From Bugula neritina (taxonomy: Eukaryota; Animalia; Bryozoa), in the NCBI GenBank assembly GCA_964035545.1, contig OZ037770.1:124001-188000 (forward strand): a DNA stretch of 64,000 nucleotides. Reading direction: 5' to 3'. Shown here piece by piece: positions 37,601 to 49,815 of this stretch; the first letter of the stretch is position 1; every line of letters starts with the position of its first letter. The position numbers and the translations under genes are program-made. Below the pieces are notes generated by a model. The model ran no database searches and was not told the DNA's origin. It saw only the letters and a program-made list of their open reading frames with translations.

Positions 37601-40600
37601 GCCTTGGCACCACATGTCCTTGAAGGTGAATTTACAGATGGAGGTGGCGGCATGTTTCCTGTGCTAAACTCTGAGGTTTTACTTCCACCAACTAGAGAGT
37701 GAGTCACATGATACATGTATAATATAGTTTCCCGTCATCTCAGTTTTCTGTTCAACTCATTCCCTCATATGGGTATGTCTCATCACTTCCAGTGAGCTGA
37801 GTGACTCCGAGGACTCCGACAGCAGGTCTGCTGACACCACGGAGCCAACAGAGCGTCCCCGGCAGCCCTCCCTCGCCTTTGACAATCGTACTTCTAATGT
37901 CAGCGACACGTACCTCCACTTTGTTCAGAGTCTGCTTAAAGAATGTAAAGTCAGAGTGAGTCACCTTCTATATACTGTAGAATACACCTACTATATACTG
38001 TAGAATACACTCTGATATATACTGTAGAATACACCTACTATATACTGTAGAATACACCTACTATATACTGTAGAATACACCTACTATATACTGTAGAATA
38101 CACCTACTATATACTGTAGAATACACCTACTATATGCTGTAGAATACACCTACTATATACTGTAGAATACACCTACTATATACTGTAGAATACACCTACT
38201 ATATACTGTAGAATACACCTACTATATACTGTAGAATACACCTACTATATGCTGTAGAATACACCTACTATATGCTGTAGAATACACCTACTATATACTG
38301 TAGAATACACCTACTATATGCTGTAGAATACACCTACTATATACTGTAGAATACACCTTCTATATACTGTAGAATACACCTACTATATACTGTAGAATAC
38401 ACCTACTATATACTGTAGAATACACCTACTATATGCTGTAGAATACACCTACTATATACTGTAGAATACACTTACTATATACTGTAGAATACACCTACTA
38501 TATACTGTAGAATACACCTACTATATACTGTAGAATACACCTACTATATACTGTAGAATACACTTACTATATACTGTAGAATACACCTACTATATACTGT
38601 AGAATACACCTACTATATACTGTAGAATACACCTACTATATACTGTAGAATACACCTACTATATACTGTAGAATACACCTACTATATGCTGTAGAATACA
38701 CCTACTATATGCTGTAGAATACACCTACTATATACTGTAGAATACACCTACTATATACTGTAGAATACACCTACTATATACTGTGGAATACACCTACTAT
38801 ATACTGTAGAATACACCTACTATATACTGTAGAATACACCTACTATACACTGTAGAATACACCTACTATATACTGTAGAATACACCTACTATATACTGTA
38901 GAATACACCTACTATATACTGTAGAATACACCTGCTATATACTGTAGAATACACCTATATACTGTAGAATACACCTACTATATGCTGTAGAATACACCTA
39001 CTATATGCTGTAGAATACACCTACTATATACTGTAGAATACACCTACTATATGCTGTAGAATACACCTACTATATACTGTAGAATACACCTACTATATAC
39101 TGTAGAATACACCTGCTATATGCTGTAGAATACACCTGCTATATACTGTAGAATACACCTCCTATATACTGTAGAATACACCTACTATATACTGTAGAAT
39201 ACACCTACTATATGCTGTAGAATACACCTACTATATACTGTAGAATACACTTGTACTATGATTATAGACTAAGAGGATGCTGGTGGGTAAGATGGGGGAG
39301 GAGGCGGTGCAGCTAGGACATGCAGACCCCAAACTCCTCGGTCTGGAGGAGAACACAATGATAGCCAGTCTGTGTGACCTGATGGAGAGAATCTGGAGTC
39401 ACGGACTCGTCCACAAACACCACAAGTCCCCCCTCTGGTTCCACCTTCTTCAGTTCTCCCAGATCCCCCAGTTCTCCGACGTCTCCCGCAATCAGGTCAT
39501 GGACAAACTGAACTCCGTGGACGGCGGGGCTTCTACCATCGCTGGTAAGTCTACCTCCCTATTTTGGTGTGTTTTAAGCCCTAGGGCTATGATACTGTCT
39601 GCTCTCCTAGCACATAGACTAAGTTCCGGTATTCTACAACCGCTATGCCTCAGCTACATTTATATTACAGCTGAGATGTGCTACTTTAACGCTATAGAGA
39701 ATGGTAGGCTTGTCACTGTTGTACCACACTCTTCTCTTGTACTGTTGTAACGCCACACGCTATACATACTATATATACACACTATACATACTATACTGCA
39801 GTATCTCCATAATATTGTGACACGTTGTGTTTTATTTTATCCTAAAGACATGGTGATGAGCATCAACAACTGTATGTTATTATAAGTTCTAGCTTTTCTG
39901 TCTGTCTGTGTCTCCCTCTGTCTGTGTGTCTGTCTGTGTCTCTCTCTGTCTGTGTGTCTGTCTGTGTCTCTCTCTGTCTGTGTGTCTGTCTGTCTGTCTC
40001 CTCTCACTCTGTGTGTCTGTCTGTCTGTGTGTCTCCTCTCTCTGTCTGTGTGTCTCCTCTCCCTCTGTCTGTCTGTTTGTCTCCTCTCACTCTGTCTGTC
40101 TGTGTGTCTCCTCTCTGTCTGTCTGTCTCCTCTCTCTGTCTGTCTGTGTGTCTCCTCTCTCTCTGTCTGTCTGTGTGTCTCCCCTCTCACTCTGTCTGTC
40201 TGTCTGTCTGTGTGTCTCTCTGTCTGTCTGTGTGTCTCCTCTCTGTCTGTCTGTGTGTCTCCTCTCTCTCTCTCTCTCTCTGTCTGTCTGTGTGTCTCCT
40301 CTCCCTCTGTCTGTCTGTCTGTGTGTCTCCTCTCCCTCTGTCTGTCTGTCTGTCTGTGTGTCTCCTCTCCCTCTGTCTGTGTGTTTGTGTGTCTGTCTGT
40401 ATGTCTCTAATATGTACCCCTATATATCATCCATACTATATTTTATTATACTGTACTGTTTTATGTTCTACTTGTAGCTACACTTGTATCAGCTGGCATG
40501 AAGCTACTGTATGACCTTAGTGAGTTATCAACTCCTGTCTTAGCGTGTGCTTCCTAATCTATTAGCCTGTGTTCTACTCACTTTTCACATAACAACCTGA

Positions 40601-43600
40601 CTCAATGTTGACTCATACTTCCTAATGTTTCATATCTGTACTCCTCTACAAACTCGAGCTATCATTGTAGCGAGTGCATCGTCTGACGAAGATGAATCCG
40701 AGGTCTTCCAACGACCTCTACCAGCTGGCCAAGTTTCAGGTGTAGACCTCGCTCTAGTCTCTCTCCTTCTCGCTTTCAGCTAGTCTTTCACTAGCCTCAA
40801 CTTCATTGATTAGAATTATACACTTTCTTGTCCATTCTCATGGCTCGGTGGTAACCCCCCCCCCCTTCTCTACTCACTCTCTTGGGTTACTAGGTTTCTA
40901 ATCTACGTAGTCTCTGGTAGTTTCTGCTAGGTGGGCGTGTCTAACCACACTGTCTCCTGGGCACACTGTTTCCTGGGCACACTCCTGGTGAGAGTGCTAC
41001 TACAGAGTAACAATGAGCTCCTAACAAGAGTTTAGTTGCAGACGTATTGGTTGTATATTCCAGAGTATTCTGTAGATGTCAGCACTTTCTTACCTCTCGA
41101 GCCAGAGAGAACTCTCACACACAGAAGGAAGGGAAGTAACCCAGAGAGACCGAGGTCTTTAGATCCTCTACCAGACAATCTACTAGTTGATATTAGGTAC
41201 ATGTTGTGTACGTGTGTGACTACAGTGCGCATGTGTTACTACAGTGTACCTGTGTGTCTACATTGTACATGTGTTGCTACAGTGTACATGTGTTGCTACA
41301 GTGTACATGTGTGACTACAGTGTACATGTGTGACTACAGTGTACATGTGTGACTACAGTGCACATGTGTTGCTACAGTGCACATGTGTTACTACAGTGTA
41401 CATGTGTTACTACAGTGTACATGTGTTGCTACAGTGTGCATGTGTTGCTACAGTGTGCATGTGTTACTACAGTGTACATGTGTTACTACAGTGTGCATGT
41501 GTTGCTACAGTGTACATGTGTTACTACAGTGTACATGCGTGACTACAGTGTACATGTGTTACTACAATGTACATGTGTGACTACAGTGTACATGTGTTGC
41601 TACAGTGTGCTGTGTTTCTATTCAGACACATTCAGAATATGAAGGAAATCAAAACAGAAATTGGCAGAGCCAGAGCCTTCATCAGACTCTCTCTGGAGAA
41701 GAAACTCCTAGCAGCTCATCTCAAGGAACTTCTGGCCAATCAGGAACTTCTCCGGTAACTTATCACCCAATCAGCTCTCTCTGTGCAGTCGTATACATTC
41801 TACTCAGCCAATCACGGTGCATGCCTTATTCTGCCCAGCCAATCACATGCCTTGTATTATGCAGGAGTCTGTACAGGAAGTTTGCCTTCCTCCGATGTGA
41901 GGAGGAAAGTCAGCAGTCTCTGTACCACCTTCTCTCTCTCAACACTGCTGACTTCCGCTGTTTCACCAACTCCTTCACCAGTGCAGGTTCGTTTCTCTTC
42001 ATCTTATAGTATATAGTATATAACGCTTCTTGTTTATACAATTATATTATATTATGTGTTATGTATTATATTATATTATGTATATTACATTACTTGCACA
42101 GACATGTCGTACAGAGTGCTAGTATTCCCGGGGAAGAGGTTTGCCGGGGGAATCTCCACCACCACGGCTAACGTCTGGGTGTCTGTGGCTGGAAAACTTC
42201 GGGATTCAGAAAGGAAGTGGCTGCCTCGGAACTGTCATGACTTCACCTTTGAGGTGAGTTTCCCCTCATCTTAGTCCTTCTCTCTCTTAGTAGACCTTGT
42301 ATTCTCTCCACTGTGTCTCTCCACTGTGTGAGGGGGCGTCAGTAATCCCGTATCTCTGTGTTGTTGTAGTCTAAGAACCTGGGTGAGCTGAGCACAGTGA
42401 GGATTGGACATGACAACAGTGGGATGGCTCCCAAGTGGCTGGTAGACAGCGTAGTCGTACGCAATGAGACCACAGGCCAAGTGGCTAAGTTAGTGCATTA
42501 CTTTCTTCCTCTATCTAGGTCACACGTACAACTATCTAGGTCACACGTACAACTATCTAGGTCACACGTCCGACTTTCTAGGTCACACGTACAACTATTT
42601 AGGTCACACGTACAACTATCTAGGTCACACATACGACTATCTAGGTCACACATACAACTATTTAGGTCACACATATCTAGATCATGTATTTAGGTTCCCG
42701 TGTGGCCGATGGTTGGGCAGAGGTGTTGACGATGACAGCACTGAGAGAATATTAGTTGGGGAGATAATTCCTTATTCTCAGAATATAGACTCAGATCTTA
42801 CACAGGGATCTCCGAGACGTCAAAAGGACTCCCCCAAACCGACACGAAGACTTGGCGGAGTCAGTAAGTTGTAGAACTAGATGAGTTGTCTGTCCATGAT
42901 ATGTAGAGTTGTCTGTCCATGATATGTAGAGTTGTCTGTCCATCATATGTAGAGTTGTCTGTCCATCATATGTAGAGTTGTCTGTCCATCATATGTAGAG
43001 TTGTCTGTCCATCATATGTAGAGTTGTCTGTCCATCATATGTAGAGTTGTCTGTCCATCATATGTAGAGTTGTCTGTCCATCATATGTAGAGTTGTCATC
43101 TCTGCTGTTTATAGAGAAATGTAAGAGTCACATGCAGCAGTTGCTCACTGACTCAGTGAATAATCTCATCAAGTACTTCCACAAGTCAGAGAAAGAAAAA
43201 GAGAGCATAACTCTGCTGCTGTGCGGAGACAATGGACTGGTAACCAGTCTGGAGATGATGTTGTCTCTCGGCTTCAAGAGCTCTAGAATCTTCCGCAATA
43301 ACCTCTACATCTGGGACTACCTCGGTACGTATGTTACTACCTCGGTACGTGTGTTTCTACCTCGGTACGTGTGTTACTACCTCGGTACGTGTGTTACTAC
43401 CTCGGTACGTGTGTTACTACCTCGGTACGTGTGTTACTACCTCGGTACGTGTGTTACTACCTCGGTACGTGTGTTACTACCTCGGTACGTGTGTTACTAC
43501 CTCGGTACGTGTGTTACTACCTCGGTACGTGTGTTACTACCTCGGTACGTGTGTTACTACCTCGGTACGTGTGTTACTACCTCGGTACGTGTGTTACTAC

Positions 43601-44283
43601 CTCGGTACGTGTGTTACTACCTCGGTACGTGTGTTACTACCTCGGTACGTGTGTTATACAGTATGTTACTACAACATATTATATACTATATACTCTATAC
43701 TATATACTATACACTATATACTATATACTATACACTATACACTATATACTATACACTATACACTATGTACTATACAATAGAGAACGTACAGAAGCACCTG
43801 CTCTCACATGACACTATACACTATATACTATACTATAGAGAACGTACAGAAGCACCTGCTCTCACATGACACAGACCTCTGTCGCTCTCTCGTAGCTAAT
43901 CTCACAATCATAAACAACTCACTCCAAGATGTCGGCAAAGATGGCAAGTTACAGCTCCTCTTGTGTATAGCTGTACGGTGAGTGTCAACTCTAATCTTAT
44001 TGGCTGTTTGCCTGTCAACTGTGTTCTCATTGGCTGTTCACCTGTCAACTCTAATCTTATTGGCTGTCAACCTGTCAACTCTAATCTTATTGGTTGTAGT
44101 GATCACCTGCTAACTGAATGGCTGACCTACTTATCTGTCTGTCCAATCACGAAGCAGATGTACGAAGACACTGCTTTCCTATTGGACGAGCCTCAGATTC
44201 AGTTCCTAGTCAACTTAGTCAGCATGTTACGCTCCTACCATGTCACTCTCGAGCCTTCCATCACAAAGGGCCTTGACATTTAG
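26554..44283 (+). CDS. DENND5: DENN domain-containing protein 5 (Rab6-interacting protein 1): uDENN-DENN-dDENN-RUN-PLAT-RUN, about 1267 aa
   Basis: Exons 26554-26680 (FEFFVVSGL), 26890-26999, 28471-28599 ([17 protein letters not shown]), 29643-29994 ([16 protein letters not shown]), 30814-31127 ([33 protein letters not shown]), 31480-31636, 31903-32135, 32971-33187, 34249-34419 ([12 protein letters not shown]), 37560-37698, 37793-37955, 39268-39544 ([26 protein letters not shown]), optional 40671-40739, 41076-41196, 41626-41754 ([16 protein letters not shown]), 41865-41986, 42102-42253, 42370-42488 (RIGHDNSG), 42694-42863 (FPCGRWLG), 43115-43324, 43839-43977 (GKDGKLQ), 44100-44283. Summed length 3804 nt, in frame. 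AATAAA at 44680 and 44711. Confidence 0.95.
27402..28470 (+). repeat. 20-bp minisatellite (TTATATACTCTATATTACAG)n ending at a DENND5 splice acceptor
   Basis: About 53 copies; the last unit supplies the AG before exon 28471. Confidence 0.95.
29115..29597. repeat. Pure polypyrimidine (CT/CCCCT)n tract
   Basis: About 480 bp of only C/T on the plus strand. Confidence 0.95.
29998..30805. repeat. (CTCTATATA)n degenerate intronic repeat
   Basis: Fills DENND5 intron 29995-30813. Confidence 0.9.
31132..32920. repeat. Series of intronic minisatellites in DENND5 (26-bp 31132-31460; about 31640-31890; 24-bp 32140-32375; 37-bp 32650-32920)
   Basis: Tandem units directly visible between exons. Confidence 0.85.
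34049..34062. promoter_or_regulatory. Intronic RFX X-box in DENND5
   Basis: GTTGCTATGGTGAC, with a second half-site GTTGCTAAGG at 34034, about 40 bp upstream of an ATG (34101) in frame with exon 34249. Confidence 0.5.
34425..34735. repeat. (ACT)n trinucleotide microsatellite
   Basis: Source of the poly-T/S/V ORFs. Confidence 0.95.
34756..35108. mobile_element. MITE (non-autonomous DNA transposon) with about 45-bp terminal inverted repeats
   Basis: Left end GCCACACGGGTGTATTTTAGCAGACAAAAATTTGCACCACAAGTA matches the reverse complement of the right end, GCCACACGGGCGTATTTTTGCAGACGAAAATTCGTACCACAAGTA; non-coding interior; target-site duplication not evident. Confidence 0.75.
35997..37187 (-). CDS. 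Intronless nested antisense gene, 396 aa, probably two tandem scramblase/Tubby-C/LURP-one-like beta-barrel domains
   Basis: Non-repetitive, GC-richer 1191-nt ORF with good start context (aagATGG) and AATAAA on minus at 35894-35889. Two beta-rich halves each end in a hydrophobic helix ([13 protein letters not shown]; [13 protein letters not shown]). Lies in DENND5 intron 34420-37559. The fold call is pattern-based. Confidence 0.75.
   Translation of the reverse strand: MAADCDEPADLLTSLLRGQFAVRADRVTALNVSLSTQFDIIRSDLEPGTLGCIYADRVRGSSRVTVRLVDREGQHVGGGGLDDKRWLEPSQFHLRSSTFDVQAVVSKGSVSVTQNGVSETLEIRRSPTNGSDVIQFVRSDDTVARLHREEAVIVITALEGCSQQVIGVIVLAAMREYYHFLLYEPLPVELPVRREESEVKMCWRVDIRPACRDQLVIGEGEFYKYGRLYANVIDSTRDSRVVHVLEVLSLTHQILVYDRFGNRQAYCTANSGPGGDSLNTVTVYRDDGTAVGVYTMFTEQNPSTTCFSPEGNCSYFVTSPVTPGSRANIIAVDAANCSLAKVIYGERAVKILFLDEGLDDDMKLLLLITCSDLAFVYYNIFNQILPHRPCYFTPTD
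37965..39250. repeat. 23-bp minisatellite (CACCTACTATATACTGTAGAATA)n
   Basis: About 56 copies filling intron 37956-39267. Confidence 0.95.
39895..40400. repeat. (TCTG/TGTC/CT)n compound microsatellite
   Basis: Directly visible. Confidence 0.9.
41200..41607. repeat. 19-bp minisatellite (CTACAGTGTACATGTGTTR)n
   Basis: Fills intron 41197-41625. Confidence 0.9.
42510..43655. repeat. Intronic minisatellites: 21-bp (42510-42680), 23-bp (42883-43097), 20-bp donor-containing (43316-43655)
   Basis: Units CTAGGTCACACGTACAACTAT; GAGTTGTCTGTCCATCATATGTA; ACTACCTCGGTACGTGTGTT. Confidence 0.9.
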
Positions 44284-47200
44284 CCTCAGTTCTCTAACAA
44301 TCACACAGTACGACTACTTAATTAACGCTACTCTGTATATATTGAGCATGTACTATTGTTCATTGCCAAAGACAACTTTTATATTGTATAATTTTGTATT
44401 TTCTAACTCGTGCAATATTCTATGTGACCAGCTTAATCAAAATACTGAGAATAGTTGAGCTGATAGAGTGTTGCCTAAGTTCCCTGGTGCTTTTAGACTG
44501 TGCTGCAGTATACACGCCCCTTCTTTCTGTTGGCATGCTGTAGTAGCATTACCTTACCTCACAGTCTCTCATCTTATTGTTTCTACCATTTCATTCTAAT
44601 ATTGTATGCTATTTCAATCTATCATATATTTCACTATATACTGTGCCTTCTATTATGATCCGTGTTATGAAGTTTAGTCAATAAAACACCTACACATATA
44701 TTTCTTCATCAATAAAGTTCTTTAAATTTAGATTTGTCTTCTACTGACTTATCTGTCCTTCCACCATCACATACTTTTTCTCAATGTTATACACACGCAC
44801 GATTTGCAGTGTTTCTAGTTGAGACAACTCTCACTAACCTGTACCAGCAGTGTTTCAACTGGCAAGTAGATGGGCGAGTTATTATAATATTCTCTCTCGT
44901 AGCTGATGGCTTTCAGTATACAGGAGAGTTGTGTTCTCCTGTATTACACTAAGTACACAGTTGTCCTGTTTCCAGGTGTAGTGTGGAATAATTCCAGTAC
45001 ACTTATAGCACTCTATTGTCTGTGTATTCCCTTCCCTATTGTCCTCCCTCACACTGTAGACTGTAACATAATAACCAGCACACGACCAGCCTATTCAACA
45101 CAGTCGGTCTCTCTCAACTATTGTCTATCATCCCCCTGTGACCTCACCACTCACGCTAACTCGTAAACTCAACTCACACGAAATTTGAGATCAACTCGTA
45201 ACCTTCAATACTACTAACGCAGCTGAGGGGACCTCTGGGACCAGGCTTCCAGTACAGGAAAACAGTGCTTTCTTCAGCTCATATGTTGTGTGTATCTGTT
45301 TACATGCAGTATTTGTGTTGAACTAGTGTTTATATATACTATTAGCCAGTTTCTTTGCATTTTCATATTTTTATTTTATATATAGACAATTTCTATTAAT
45401 ACTAAAAGTTATTAGAATATCTTGAGGAAATTATACTGTTATAAATCACATCTCCCTCTTCAACAACAATGAAGTACTCTGTTATTACTATTCCCTTCTT
45501 GCAGTCAATGCTTTGAAAACACTTGAAAGATATGCAAGTGATTAGATTCTGCACTGGCCACACTTGCAGTGAGATTTTAGTGTACACAAAGACTAGCATT
45601 AAGTAAAGTGTAAACATAATCTATCTATTTAGAATAATAATGTCTAGCTCAAGCACCATTAGCTTGTCTTCAATATCTCTCATGTCTTGGGCACATCATC
45701 ACTTTGATCTCCTATCTACATCACCATTTCTCTGAAGATGTCATTGTATATAGTATACACACTTCACTTCATTACTGCATACAATATTCTAATAATACTC
45801 TCATAGCACTAGCTGGTCACAAATAACAGCTGACCCTTACTCTACTACGTATAGCTGTGACATGGACTGTCTTACAACTAAACTGCAGGACACCAAAACT
45901 GCTGGGAAACACTTAATACTAACAATATCAGAGGAATACATACTACTTCTGCACTAGTAAGCTAAACCCTGACCAGAAAACTCTGTTTTAATAAAGCTCT
46001 TAGAAAAAGTAGTGAGGCACAAAAGTAGGTGTAGTTTATGGACATTTAGCTCTGCATTGCAGTGAAGCGAGTGAAGGGAATCTAAAGACTGGAAGGAGCA
46101 TGTTATGGGAGTTGTGTTCTATTATTCATCATACAAAGTTACCGATAGCCATTTTACCGTTTAAGTTTGCATTTCTCCTCCTATGTAAAGTTTTATAGAT
46201 AAGGCAACTGCAGAAACAGATGCTCTTATTACGCTGTATCCACGCTGGGGCACTGCTCAGACACCTGTTGAGTGCTGCCACTTACTTATCTCCTCTATAC
46301 TGCCTCTACTCAAGTGTCCACCTCACCTCAATCACTCTACATGACAGCTCAGCAAACTCACTCCATCTGTAAGCTCCTGCAATCACCTGCTAACCAAACA
46401 TTACAGGAGATAATCCCCATGTACCAACAACTCCTCATTACAGTATTGCCCATTAATTAATGTATGTAAATATTGTTATAAGAACAATAATGCTCAGCAT
46501 TTGTTTGGGAAAGCTACTGGATATATTCTTAGTTTTTCTGCTCATGCATACAGATTTTTCATAACTATACTACGTTTACTGCAAGTACCTGCAGCTGCAT
46601 GCCTACTACCTTTTCATAGCATTTCATAGCTACCTTAAAGCTATTTATTTGACAATAGTTATCATTTTTGGCAGATAATAAACAGTTTGTTGTTATTACT
46701 AATATTATATTTTAGTGAATATACTTTCAAAATATAATTGCTATATATTATAATCACATTTTTAACATTTCATTCATGAATTTAATTGTTCAGATTGATA
46801 AAATTTTTATTAGCTCATGAAATAGCTATATTTTCATTTGATCAGCGTTATATCTGCACATCAGTTGATGTTATCAGTGTTTAGAAAGTGATTAGTTTAC
46901 ACATTGTCTCTATAGCTCATGTCCCTCTGTATCTTCAAAGTAACTCCTTTCACTAATTGTCCACAAGTGAAAGTCACTTTAATACTTTGGTTTTATTTAT
47001 GAACTTTATTGTCTGCAACACTCGCCTCTGATCTTCATAGTTTGGTGAACCGCTGAGATTATGTGTGCAGATAAAATACGCATTAAAATAGCATTAAAAT
47101 CATTCCAATATTTGAAGTTTTCTCTGTATTTTCGCTGTTTACAAGAATATTCTACTGTACGGTATATAGTTACGTATAATAGGCTATATTATTTACTGTA

Positions 47201-48202
47201 CAGCATATTTCTATTACAGCATGCAAAGCATGTAAAACGTTATAGTTTCTTACATAGTTAAAGTTACTTTTCCAGTTAACTGAACAGGTGGTAGTTTAGT
47301 TGTATTTTATGTACCACCTTATTCCTAATCATTCTTTTATATTATATCTAGTATTACATCTTGATCCTTTACATCCACAGGATGCAAACTTCATAATAAA
47401 ATTATTAATATCTAAGTCCATCATTACAACTTATCTTTGTTAATCAACAACTGTATCAGCATTAACATTTCAATTTAGTCACAAATATTAATTAATTTAT
47501 TAAACAGTATGTGGCACTTTGTAGTAATATAACAATTACTCAACCATTAGTAACAATGTAAACATAAAGTGACATAAATCATGAGCCAGTCACCTAAAGG
47601 GAACACACACCCTACCACGACACACTGGCGCCCCTCTTCTCTATTAATCTCCAACTTATCGCTTCACTGAATCTCCCCTCTTCAATTCTATTTGATTTTA
47701 TCTCCATTTAAAATGAGACTCGGTAATTATGTTTTATTGATGTGTGACATGGATAGTTTAACTGACAAAGTGAAAGTTATGGATATAACGTTTACTTATT
47801 CTACTTTCACAATTATCGTATCAAATAATGATTAATAAATAATAAAATATATTAATTGAATGCATTAATCATTCTTTAGAATCAACTACTGTAACTTGAA
47901 CCATTTAATTCGCTGGCATTTACTGGGGAAGGGTTTTGTCTAGTGTATTGCATTATCATCACCAGCACTACGGGACATTGTAGATCACTTATAATGTTCT
48001 CTCACTTACTCTCACTTAGGCCTACTCTTCCTTGTTATATCGATTTTATTTCCTGTTTAAATTTTCAGCTAAGCTTCATCTTTTAACTTTTAACCAAAAT
48101 ACAATATAAACTGGAAATATTCAAAAATCTAAGACAGACGACTTTTCAGCTACAATGTCTTGTTGAAACTTTGGTTTATTCCAAAGCTTGTTTGTTTACA
48201 AG

Positions 48203-48503
48203 CAGCAGTTGACTGAGATGTAATTGGTCCAGCAGCAGTTAGCTGAGCTATGATTGGCTGAGGAGCAGTTAGCTGAGCTATGATTGGCTGAGGAGCAGTT
48301 GACTGAGATGTAATTGGTCCAGCAGCAGTTAGCTGAGCTATGATTGGCTGAGGAGCAGTTAGCTGAGCTATGATTGGCTGAGGAGCAGTTAGCTGAGCTA
48401 TGATTGGCTGAGGAGCAGTTAGCTGAGCTATGATTGGCTGAGGAGCAGTTAGCTGAGCTATGATTGGCCGAGGAGCAGTTAGCTGAACTATGATTGGCCG
48501 AGC
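48203..48503. repeat. 30-bp tandem repeat x10 carrying CCAAT boxes
   Basis: Unit GAGGAGCAGTTAGCTGAGCTATGATTGGCT. Confidence 0.9.
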
Positions 48504-49599
48504 TGCAATGTGATAAGCAAAGCAGGATGCACACTGTACTAGACTATAAACTCTTGAAATTCAAACGATGCTTTGAAAAATTCCCCAACAGCTGAAAAAT
48601 TATTTATGCTGTTTGTAGAATTATTTCCTTTGAACTAAAAACCAATTTTAGGCTTAAAATCAACTTGAGTTTTACAATTCGAAATAAACAACGAAACTGT
48701 TAATTTGTTTACAGTATAAAATTAGGTCTACTGCTTATGTTACAGTCTACACACTACACACTCTAACAATACTCTTCGTAGCTGCAATGTCATCCATTTT
48801 CACTAAATTTGTAGAAAGGAAGTGTTTTGGTGGAGCCACAGGTGAGGTAATGAGGGCCCCAGGTGAGGTAATGAGGTAACACAGCTGTTATACTGGGTTT
48901 CACCACAGGATGCTTCTTCTGTGGCCACCCCTAGACACCTTCTATACAGATTCACTGATTAAATTCCAAACGGAATACAAATAGCTTCGACATAGCCTGA
49001 GCTATCATTAAAGAATATATCACATTCTGTAGTCTGAGAACAATAGCTGGAAGCACTTCAATCAAACACCGACAATAGTTGCAATTATCAGGGGCAAACA
49101 CATGGTAATTAAGTAACACACTAAACCTGTGTTCTGCGTGGTATATCTTACAGTGCCATCTCTCAGGGCATATCAACAACAATATGCGCAGGTATTTAAG
49201 TTATTTATATAAACAGTAATATCACTTAATACATCTCTTTGCTAACCCCCTAAAGATAACAGGAATGCAATGTTCAGAATCATATTGTTACAGTTCCTCC
49301 CTATCAGATGTGATGGAATACGCACAACTGTTGACTCTGCAACAACTTGCTATACAGTTAGTTGACTGTAGCGTAGTGATACTATAATACAATGTTATGA
49401 TATATAATACTCTAATATATAACACTATGATATGATCATGTGATATGATACTATAATTATTATAATAGGCTGGGATATAACAATATAATACAATATATTA
49501 CTATAATATAGTGATATAATACATATACTATATTACATTACGATGTAATACATAAGGCTAGGGTCTAATAACATAATATACTATAATACAATATGCAGG

Positions 49600-49815
49600 G
49601 AGTAGCCGTGGTCTAGGGGTTAGAGCGTTTGCTTAGTTTACAGGAAGTCATGGGTTCGAACCCCATTAAAAGCCTTTGGTGATGTTAGGAAGAGCATCCA
49701 GTCATAATTGCTTCTGTGCCCCCTTCTGATTAAGTCCTTAGCCCGATTTAAAAAACCCCTTTTCATCAGGGGTTTCTCACGCAGGGATAGTGACTATAAA
49801 ATCGTGTGCGTTTTT
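49600..49815 (+). mobile_element. tRNA-derived SINE
   Basis: Pol III A box (TGGTCTAGGGG at about 49609) and B box (GGTTCGAACCC at about 49653) without a complete cloverleaf, followed by a body containing GTTAGGAAGAGCATCCAGTC, which resembles the RTE-related/Ceph-type SINE segment; inserted in AT-rich simple sequence. Confidence 0.7.

Noticed and set aside
37965-39250. CRISPR-like array
   Set aside because: Contiguous tandem units with no unique spacers, eukaryotic intron, no cas genes.
40931-41035. Extra DENND5 exon
   Set aside because: In the required phase 1 it hits TAA after four codons.
44750-45760. Possible gene or retroelement remnant downstream of DENND5 (e.g. a CKCGQC string on minus)
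   Set aside because: All frames are interrupted by stops; no recognisable domain or consistent splice structure.
49600-49675. Functional tRNA gene
   Set aside because: A and B boxes are present, but there is no pairing acceptor stem or clean anticodon arm, and the sequence continues into a SINE-like body.
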